Shown here: piece by piece, positions 54,586 through 62,068 of the stretch | Layout of the letters: each line of letters begins with the position of its first letter | How positions within the stretch are numbered: the first letter of the stretch is position 1 | NCBI GenBank assembly: GCA_012034595.1 | Contig: JAAUPE010000015.1 | Coordinates: 352 to 64,351, forward strand | DNA length: 64,000 nt | From: Calothrix sp. CSU_2_0 | Lineage (GTDB): Bacteria; Cyanobacteriota; Cyanobacteriia; Cyanobacteriales; Nostocaceae | Reading direction: 5' to 3' | Program-made: the position numbers and the translations under genes | The notes under the pieces: model-generated | Told to the model about the DNA's origin: nothing | The model's database searches: none | Seen by the model: the letters and a program-made list of their open reading frames with translations, nothing else

Positions 54586-55212
54586 ATGAGCAATTTAAAC
54601 TCCACACCGAATCTGCGCTCTTTAGGGATAGGTAAGGTTTTGACGCAACTTCTTCAAATTCGTTTGGGAATTGCAATCGCATCTGCATTTTTCTCTTTAA
54701 TTGAGTTAATTGCCAAACCTTTATATCAAATTGTTGCTCCAATAGATGAATTACTTTCATTGGTCAGTATTTTTATTGCTCTCGGTTCTGTAATTATTTT
54801 TTGTGTGTGGTTATATCGCATCCACTTAGATTTTAAAAATCTTTTTGGTGACTATGCAATTACACCAGGAGGTTCAATCGCCAGATTTTTAATTCCTTTT
54901 TACAATATCTGGGGAATTGCAAATATTTTTAATACTTTTGCAGATAAATTTGAGCCTGAAGGTGGAGATTTGAATAAATTTGGCAAAGATGTGCGTTCAT
55001 TAATTGCTCCATTCTATGGATGTCTTTTTGGTTCAAATGCAATCAACCGTGTTGCAATTCAAGAATCATTCAAAAATCCAAATAATCCATCTCTACCACT
55101 TATGTTTTTCATCTCTGCGATTTTGGATATTGGTTTGAGCTTTGTTTTCTTATCCTTCACCAAAGCCATGCAAAGTGCAGTTAATCAAAAAGCAAAACGT
55201 ACCGTTGGATAA
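54586..55212 (+). CDS. DUF4328-like integral membrane protein
   Basis: Four TM segments. WLYRIH.....L......TPGGSIARFLIPFYNIWG resembles the DUF4328 core. Confidence 0.5.
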   Translation: MSNLNSTPNLRSLGIGKVLTQLLQIRLGIAIASAFFSLIELIAKPLYQIVAPIDELLSLVSIFIALGSVIIFCVWLYRIHLDFKNLFGDYAITPGGSIARFLIPFYNIWGIANIFNTFADKFEPEGGDLNKFGKDVRSLIAPFYGCLFGSNAINRVAIQESFKNPNNPSLPLMFFISAILDIGLSFVFLSFTKAMQSAVNQKAKRTVG

Positions 55213-55224
55213 TCTTATTAAATA

Positions 55225-56634
55225 ATGAATTTAGATATCACCAATGCTAGAGCGATCGCAACAGCAGTTCAAACGGGTAAAATCTCCGCACTGCAAGTTA
55301 TTCGCACAACTTTAGAACAGATTCAAACACGAAACCAACAATTTAATTGTTTTACTGCTGTCACTACTGAAACCGCTTTACTCGACGCAGAAACAATAGA
55401 TAGCGAAATTGCAGCAGGAAAAAATCCCGGTTTACTTGCTGGAGTTCCCTTTGCAGTCAAAAACCTCTTCGATATCCAAGGTATAACAACCCTCGCAGGA
55501 GCAAAAATTAATGCCGAAAATCCCCCTGCAACCCAAGATGCAACCGCGATCGCAAAACTAAAACAAGCTGGTGCAATTCTCGTTGGTGCGTTGAATATGG
55601 ACGAGTACGCATATGGATTTGTTACCGAAAATTCCCATTACGGAGCTACTCGCAATCCCCACGATATCAACCGAGTTGCAGGAGGTTCATCAGGAGGTTC
55701 TGCTGCTGCGGTTGCTGCGGGATTAGTTCCCCTCACACTCGGTTCCGACACCAACGGTTCGATTCGCGTTCCTGCTGCATTATGTGGTGTCTATGGTTTC
55801 AAACCCACATACGGTAGATTATCCCGTGCTGGAGTCGCATTATTTTCCAGTAGTTTCGACCACATTGGCACATTTACCCGTTCCATCGCAGATACCGCGA
55901 TCGCATTCGATATTTTACAAGGTTACGACAATCGCGATCCAATTTGTACAAACCACCCCAATGTAGAGACGCGATACATCGCGTCTCTCCCCCATATTGA
56001 TAGAATTAATATTGATGGCATTAGAATTGCGATCGCAGGTGATTATTTTGCCCAAAAAGCCGAACCAGAAGCCTTAGAAGCGGTGCAAAAAGTCGCTGAT
56101 GCATTGAATATCAAAAATTACATTACCATACCCGAAAGCCATCGTGCCCGTGCTGCTGCGTTTGTAATTACTGCCGTAGAAGGAGCTAATTTACATTTCG
56201 ATAAATTGCGCGATCGCTCCCAAGATTTCGATCCAGCAACACGCGATCGCTTTTTAGCTGGTGCTTTAATTCCCAGTCAATGGTATGTGCAAGCGCAACG
56301 TTTTAGAAGATGGTATCGGGATAAAGTTAGAGAAATATTTGCCAATGTCGATATAATTATCGCTCCAACAACACCAATTACCGCACCATTAATTGGACAG
56401 GAAACAATGATTTTAGATGGTGAAGAAATCCTCGTGCGTCCATATTTAGGACAATTTACCCAACCATTATCATTTATTGGTTTACCTGTTTTATCAGTTC
56501 CAATTCTAAGAGCAAATGCGTTACCTTTAGGTGTGCAAATCATCGCAGCACCTTATAATGAAGCGAAGATTTTACAAGTTGCCGGATTATTAGAAAAAAT
56601 GGGCACTGTAGCAACCCGGTTTCTCCCCAACTAA
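55225..56634 (+). CDS. Amidase-signature enzyme, AtzE-family (GatA-like) amidohydrolase
   Basis: GGSSGGSAAAVAAG, LGSDTNGSIRVPAALCG, and the AtzE-typical NMDEYAYGFVTENSHYG. Confidence 0.85.
   Translation: MNLDITNARAIATAVQTGKISALQVIRTTLEQIQTRNQQFNCFTAVTTETALLDAETIDSEIAAGKNPGLLAGVPFAVKNLFDIQGITTLAGAKINAENPPATQDATAIAKLKQAGAILVGALNMDEYAYGFVTENSHYGATRNPHDINRVAGGSSGGSAAAVAAGLVPLTLGSDTNGSIRVPAALCGVYGFKPTYGRLSRAGVALFSSSFDHIGTFTRSIADTAIAFDILQGYDNRDPICTNHPNVETRYIASLPHIDRINIDGIRIAIAGDYFAQKAEPEALEAVQKVADALNIKNYITIPESHRARAAAFVITAVEGANLHFDKLRDRSQDFDPATRDRFLAGALIPSQWYVQAQRFRRWYRDKVREIFANVDIIIAPTTPITAPLIGQETMILDGEEILVRPYLGQFTQPLSFIGLPVLSVPILRANALPLGVQIIAAPYNEAKILQVAGLLEKMGTVATRFLPN
55966..55987. repeat. Small palindromic dispersed repeat lying in frame inside the amidase CDS
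   Basis: gagacgcgat-ac-atcgcgtctc occupies codons 248-255 (ETRYIASL). Confidence 0.7.
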
Positions 56635-56725
56635 ACATCTCTAATTAGAACGAAAAACCCGTAGCAACCCGGTTTCTCCCCAACGAAACATCTCCAATTA
56701 GAACGAAAAACCCTGAAACCGGGTT
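56608..56725. repeat. 53-bp tandem duplication overlapping the amidase stop codon, followed by an inverted 11-nt arm
   Basis: Copy 1 is 56608-60 and copy 2 is 56661-713, with 2 mismatches. aacccggtttc (56613-23 and 56666-76) faces gaaaccgggtt (56715-25). Confidence 0.9.
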
Positions 56726-56867
56726 TCTTAACCCACGTAAAAACCCCAAACAACCTAGTATTTTAGAGTGCGTTAGAACGGAGTTCATAACGCACCAAAT
56801 CCTTATAATGGTGCGTTACGCTATCGCTAACACACCCTACGTATGTTTCAAAAATCAAATATTAATC

Positions 56868-57605
56868 CTATATATCGTGTTGTTCTTTAAAAGTTCTCTC
56901 AGTCTTCTCTAAACCAAAATCTAAGCAAAGTAAATCAATACCATCAATAATTTTAGGTATCCAAATTTCGCTTATTTGTAACTCTTCAAAACAAACTTGT
57001 CTATCTTCATATTTCTTTTGAAAAAGTGCGATCGCCTTTTTTAATGGTCGTATAACCTCATAAGCTTGTTCAGCTTTATCTATGGCTATTCGAGGTATTT
57101 ATGATTGCAATCTCAAGACAGCTAAATCAATTAAATCTCTAGATTTAACACTTTTATCCATATATCTATCCGAATTTGATAGAAGTTTAGAAGTAAAACA
57201 ATCGTTTAAACTCAAACACGGAACTGGTGACCAATTTGGATATCTAGGAGCGTCTAATTGAAATCGATTTTCCGCAATAATTTCTGTTTTAATCGGCATA
57301 TTATCGACATAAACTACCATACGAATTCCATATTGATCGGTAGTAGTACGTCCTAATTCAATTTTACTTAAATCGCTAAATAATCCTTCACAGCCATTAT
57401 CAAATATAATTGTACGTAAATATCTATAACCTCCGTCATTAACAGAAGCAATAAAATCAATATCCACACTCGATCGATATTCTTCAAAATCTAAAGCAAG
57501 AATGGTTCCACCACCAAAGTAAGCAGAACCATTTTTTAGGATTTCACTATTTAAACATTGAAGAATTTTAAAAATTTGATTGTGACATTCTAGTCTAAAT
57601 TGCAT
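56868..57605 (-). pseudogene. AbiEii/AbiGii-family nucleotidyltransferase toxin interrupted by one in-frame TAA
   Basis: FGGGTILALDFEEYRSSVDIDF is the NTase motif. The ORF ends at TAA 57099-57101, but the same frame stays open for 76 more codons to TAG 56868-70. The total of about 245 aa is the normal family length. Confidence 0.7.
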
Positions 57606-57844
57606 AAATCAACAACTAACCACGAGCGATATTTTGTAGCAATTTCTTTGAGGAAATCGACTTCTTCACCCTCTAAATTATTGAATATATCGCGATATCG
57701 CCAACCCCGCTCATAGCTGCTTAACATTTCTTCTGGAGTCAGCTTATAAACATCTGCTATTTGCCAACAAATCGATTCTAAAAAAGGTAATTTTTTCGGG
57801 GGAGTGATTTCTACAATTTCGTTTAAGGTATTAGTAATATCCAT
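57590..57844 (-). CDS. Putative cognate antitoxin of the AbiEii-like gene
   Basis: 84 aa. Its 3' end overlaps the toxin start by 16 nt. The call rests on position only. Confidence 0.45.
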   Translation of the reverse strand: MDITNTLNEIVEITPPKKLPFLESICWQIADVYKLTPEEMLSSYERGWRYRDIFNNLEGEEVDFLKEIATKYRSWLVVDLCNLD

Positions 57845-57872
57845 GCGATCGCCTACTTTATATTATTCCTTT

Positions 57873-58169
57873 TTACCTTCGCTTCTGCCATTCTTTTGGA
57901 TTTCTGCTGCCATGAAAAATTGCTGTAACAATTATTCGACTCGACACAATTCGGTAGTAGATAACGTAGGGAAAACGTTTTACAATTGCACGTCTAACAT
58001 CACGATAAACAACAGAATATGCTTCTGGAAGTAGGCAAACAAGATTTAGTGTTTCGTCTACACAATCTAAAAATTCATCACCAAGTCCTAATTGTTGACT
58101 TTCGTACCAATTGAATGTTTCATCTAATTCGTCGCGTACTTGTGGACGAAATACTAATGCATAATTCAT
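57873..58169 (-). CDS. Type II toxin, RelE/ParE family
   Basis: 98 aa, F.P.V..EL.E...WY ... YRI....I.V.AIFHG.R.P. Its start overlaps the antitoxin stop by 4 nt. Confidence 0.85.
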   Translation of the reverse strand: MNYALVFRPQVRDELDETFNWYESQQLGLGDEFLDCVDETLNLVCLLPEAYSVVYRDVRRAIVKRFPYVIYYRIVSSRIIVTAIFHGSRNPKEWQKRR

Positions 58170-58390
58170 TTTTGCTTGCGGATAGAAGCTCTAATTTCCT
58201 GCCATGTCATTACATTATCAGGATTAGCTTCGCTATCGGCAATTCGGTAATCGAGTTCTTGTTTTTGCTTATCGCTGAGTTCGGGATATGTTTGTTCTGC
58301 TGCAATACTGTCCCAAATTGCTTGTACTATGCGAATTCTATCTTCAACTTTTAAGGCTATGATTTCGTTCAAGGTATTTGTGATGTCCAT
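58166..58390 (-). CDS. Addiction-module antitoxin (TIGR02574-like putative addiction module component)
   Basis: 74 aa, L..EDRIRIVQAIWDSI ... EL..R......NP. It lies directly upstream of the ParE/RelE toxin. Confidence 0.75.
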   Translation of the reverse strand: MDITNTLNEIIALKVEDRIRIVQAIWDSIAAEQTYPELSDKQKQELDYRIADSEANPDNVMTWQEIRASIRKQK

Positions 58391-58504
58391 GCGATCGCAT
58401 TTTTGGGGTTAAGGAGTGTGTAATGTATCTCAAATATAGCAAGCTTCACAGAGAGAGCATCCCAGTTTTTTGTTGTCTGTCATTAGGAGTGTAACGGATT
58501 TGGG

Positions 58505-58800
58505 CAAAGCGATCTCATAGACTCGTTTTGATGAAATATCTTGCGATTGCTTCGTCGTTCCTCCTCGCAATGACATTAAAATCCAAAATCGTCATTGCGA
58601 GCGTAACGAAGTGGAGCGTGGCAATCGCATAGACTAAATATCTTGCGATTGTTACCTAGCCCTTTCAGGGCAGCTACGCTAACGGAACGCGAAGCGCGTA
58701 GCTTGCTTCCACGTTCCTCGCAGAGGTTCCCGCAGGGTAGTGGTACGTCGTACCTCCTCGCAATGACAAGCATTTATAATCCAAAATCGAAAATCCCAGT
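58505..58800. repeat. Nest of MITE-like Nostocales repeats
   Basis: ctcgcaatgac (58564-74) faces gtcattgcgag (58591-601). A second cctcctcgcaatgaca is at 58753-68. catagact..aatatcttgcgattg is duplicated. The element is flanked by AAAATCC STRR units. Confidence 0.6.
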
Positions 58801-58887
58801 GCCAGGTATCGAATTACCAGAATGCTTATGTTACCGTAGAAATATTCTATTTTACAAATCTTTATGAAAGGCTGAAGCGCTTATATG

Positions 58888-59811
58888 TTACAGTCTACAA
58901 GTCTCTGCGCGAGAGAAGAATACAAAAGAATGCGAGCGAAGCGTACCCAGGTACAACTCACTACTAGGTATATGCCCCCCAGGAGCATTTAGATTGAAGG
59001 TGTACTCATCGTAGCTCAACCAAGAACCTCCTCTCTTCCAACCGACGCGATCGCCAAAAGCATTCCATACTTTCTCATTATATTCCTGAATACCACCTAA
59101 ACTTTGGTAAATTTCTTTTTGGACACTAAACCCAAAATGACCATTACTAGCAGATACCCAGAGTGTATCAATAATACGTAAATCCTCACAAGGGAAATTG
59201 TCTATATCTTCTACATCTAAATATCTTTGCTTTTCCTTTCCCGCAACTTGGAGCATTACCCCAAAAGTTTCTACATCAGCTTTTTTCCATTCTCCCCGCA
59301 TCAAATATTCTGCAAGCTGACTGTATTTTAAAGGTAATTTACATCTAACCAAACGAATTCCAGTTTTTTTGTCTTCTGGTAGATGATGTTGTTTTCGTTC
59401 CTTCGGTGTTGGTAATCTGTACCACGTAGCCAATTTATCAAGTTGATTATTTATATCTTTTAAGCTTAACCATACACAAAACTGATTCGCATCTTCTAAA
59501 GTGATGTCATCAACTATATTTTTTGCTGTTCCTTTAACAAAGCTTTGATTTTGCCAATTTTGCGGTGATTTATACCCAGTTTCCAACAAAAATAATTTAT
59601 ATTCTGCACAGGTAATACAGCTATTATCAACTTCCAAATTTTCATCAACCCGCACCAAATTATTTAACCTTTTTGCTAACTTAACCTCCGCAGCTAACTT
59701 AAATATTGACCCATCATCAGATTCCAAACCTGCATCAAGTTTATCACTAATTTGTTGCCTAACTTGATTATCAATTCGCCAACCTTCCTCTTCATAATCT
59801 GCCACTACCAA
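58888..59811 (-). CDS. FGE/SUMF1-like half-domain plus GUN4 domain protein
   Basis: CAEYKLFL..TGYKSP..W......DITLEDANQFCVWLS...YRLPT is FGE-sulfatase-like. WKKADVET...PCEDLRIIDTLW...GHFGFSVQ...VGW...NAPGGHIP is GUN4. There is no ATG before residue 172, and the ORF opens with TTG at 59811. Confidence 0.8.
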   Translation of the reverse strand: MVVADYEEEGWRIDNQVRQQISDKLDAGLESDDGSIFKLAAEVKLAKRLNNLVRVDENLEVDNSCITCAEYKLFLLETGYKSPQNWQNQSFVKGTAKNIVDDITLEDANQFCVWLSLKDINNQLDKLATWYRLPTPKERKQHHLPEDKKTGIRLVRCKLPLKYSQLAEYLMRGEWKKADVETFGVMLQVAGKEKQRYLDVEDIDNFPCEDLRIIDTLWVSASNGHFGFSVQKEIYQSLGGIQEYNEKVWNAFGDRVGWKRGGSWLSYDEYTFNLNAPGGHIPSSELYLGTLRSHSFVFFSRAETCRL

Positions 59812-61883
59812 AATGCATTTATCGAAGGAACAGGCATATTAATAACAGCCTGAATCAAATTAGTTGCATCATTTACTGCTGCATAAAGACGAATAGTTTC
59901 AGCCCACCAGGAATTATTGATATTACCAATCAAAATATCTTCTTGATTTGATTCTTTGATTTCAACCGCAGATAAATATTCTTGAAAACTCAAGTGAGCA
60001 AATTCATAAATACCAATTTCCTTTTCTACCAACAATCCGCAATCATCACGAATATGCTTGATAAAAGCTTCAGCATTTGGAAAGTGTTGCGGTAATGTAG
60101 TCAATTGTTGCTGAATATAACCAACACCTTCAGCTAAATTAAATTCACGCACTTTTTTTTGCATTAATACTAATGCTAATTCTTGCAAAACAGACTGTTT
60201 TTGTGAAGCAGTTAAAGTATCATGTATATTTTTCGCACGTTGACGCTTCTCCAGCAGTATTTGACAAATCTCTTTATAAAGCTCAACTCTTTTCCCCGGT
60301 AAAACATTACCCCGACGGTGAACTGTGGCAATCATTGTTAGCAACAAAGGATTTACAGCCATCGCAGCAATAGCGCGACTATTTTGTGAATTTTGAAGTC
60401 GATTAATTAACTTATTTGCCTGATTTGTTGCTGCTTGTTTCACTCCTTCGTCATTTTGTCCAGCACGGCTTTTTATCTCGGTTTGCAAATACCAACTATG
60501 CAAAAACTCCTTGATTTGTTCGCGGTTAAATGGTTGTACTTCTAACTCACTAACTTGAACTTGTCGCTGCAATTCTCGATAGCCATTAGGACGAGAAGTA
60601 AGAATAAATGTAGTATCTGGATAAGCTTGCATTTGCTTATCTACCCAAGTTCTCACATGCTGACGCTGGTTTTTATCGGCAACTTCATCCAACCCATCCA
60701 GCAAAATTAAAAACCTATTTTTCTGTAAATTTTTCCGCAACCAATGTACAGGTGGATTTAGTGGTTTATTATTAATTTTGAGTTTTTCAAGCTGCTGTTT
60801 AATTAAATCTTCCAAAGATGGATTTTGACTAGAAATCTCGTCTCTAATTTCCCGAAGATAAAATAATATCGGAATTAATTGCGGTGGTTTAGGATTGATT
60901 TTACTTTCTTGTTTGGTTGCATAAATTAGCGTCAAGTGTCTCAGAAGCGTTGTTTTTCCAGAACCTGGTCTACCTAAAATTACTATTTTATCAAATTGAT
61001 GATTTTGGTTTTTATTTGCTGCCAAAAAATCCCAGATTGATTTTTCTAGATTATTATCTAGATTATTTGCATGAGGGATAATGTCTTGCTTTGCATTATT
61101 AACGCTATTGGCTGATATTTTCAACTGGACAAAAACATTCTTTAATTCCAAAGTCCACTCATTATCTAAACCTTGAGTTTCAAAATCTCGACATTTATAT
61201 TCTAAAGCTTTGTAATAATCACGTTGAAATGGCGAAATGACATCTTCAAACTTATTTTTTATCCAAGTCGCAGCACTAACAGCACCTTGCTTCTGATACT
61301 GCTCCCAAACTGCGGAAAGTTCTGCAATCAAGGTTTTAAAAAAGTCTTGAGCGGCAATTATTCCTGTAATTATTCCAGTCAAAACTAATGACACAACTGC
61401 CGGAATTGATTGTTTTGCTAAAATAAAATGTGCGGTTAAAAATAAACCCGTGCTTGGAATCAACCATATCAAGTATTTTCGCAAATTTCTTGGCAAAATT
61501 AATACTGGTGGTAGTATTGCTCCCAATGCAAACATTATCAAAGATATATAAGAAATCGCTGCACTAAATTCTGTTGGTACTAACTTCAAATACAGTAAAG
61601 CAGTTAATATTCCTCCTCCCAGCAAAGGTAAAAATCCACCAATCCAATTATTAGCTCTTGGATTAGAGATGGAATTATTAGATGTTGAATTTTGCTGCTG
61701 GGAATCGTTGGATAAAACAGTTAAAATTATTTGGAAAATTATACAGCCAATTGTTAAACCCAAAATAGTTGAGTTGGATACGCTATCAGATTTGGGTTGC
61801 AATTGATTGATTAACCAACCTAGTACACCATTACTGGAAATTAGCAGCAATGGAAGAAGTAAGTTTTTAGTCCATCCCGACAT
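59805..61883 (-). CDS. NACHT-family STAND NTPase with an N-terminal multi-pass membrane region
   Basis: Residues 1 to about 200 form 5-6 hydrophobic helices. Walker A is ILGRPGSGKTTLL and Walker B is FLILLDGLDEV, followed by TSRP. There is no C-terminal repeat domain. Confidence 0.85.
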   Translation of the reverse strand: MSGWTKNLLLPLLLISSNGVLGWLINQLQPKSDSVSNSTILGLTIGCIIFQIILTVLSNDSQQQNSTSNNSISNPRANNWIGGFLPLLGGGILTALLYLKLVPTEFSAAISYISLIMFALGAILPPVLILPRNLRKYLIWLIPSTGLFLTAHFILAKQSIPAVVSLVLTGIITGIIAAQDFFKTLIAELSAVWEQYQKQGAVSAATWIKNKFEDVISPFQRDYYKALEYKCRDFETQGLDNEWTLELKNVFVQLKISANSVNNAKQDIIPHANNLDNNLEKSIWDFLAANKNQNHQFDKIVILGRPGSGKTTLLRHLTLIYATKQESKINPKPPQLIPILFYLREIRDEISSQNPSLEDLIKQQLEKLKINNKPLNPPVHWLRKNLQKNRFLILLDGLDEVADKNQRQHVRTWVDKQMQAYPDTTFILTSRPNGYRELQRQVQVSELEVQPFNREQIKEFLHSWYLQTEIKSRAGQNDEGVKQAATNQANKLINRLQNSQNSRAIAAMAVNPLLLTMIATVHRRGNVLPGKRVELYKEICQILLEKRQRAKNIHDTLTASQKQSVLQELALVLMQKKVREFNLAEGVGYIQQQLTTLPQHFPNAEAFIKHIRDDCGLLVEKEIGIYEFAHLSFQEYLSAVEIKESNQEDILIGNINNSWWAETIRLYAAVNDATNLIQAVINMPVPSINAFW

Positions 61884-61962
61884 AAATATATTCCCGTAGA
61901 TATATAGTTGCCACCGTTGCTAGTTTTACTCTAACGCAAATCAGGTAACTATATTTGATAGC

Positions 61963-62015
61963 GCGATCGCACCTTTTCTGCACCTTTTCTATACCTTTTC
62001 TTTTGGTGCGATCGC
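61963..62015 (-). terminator. HIP1-anchored 11-bp stem whose loop carries three direct 11-nt repeats; GNAT terminator and/or NACHT operator
   Basis: gcgatcgcacc ... ggtgcgatcgc. The loop reads (c)accttttct three times. It lies between the GNAT stop (62069) and the NACHT start (61883). Confidence 0.45.
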
Positions 62016-62068
62016 ATACGATTTACAACGCTACAATTGTCGAAACTGAAATGTCATAAAAGCTTGAT

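Noticed and set aside
58576-58867. ORFs of 65 and 74 aa between the TA genes and the GUN4 gene
   Set aside because: They lie entirely within MITE-like repeats (the peptide ..LRYARNDD.. is typical of translated Nostocales repeats).
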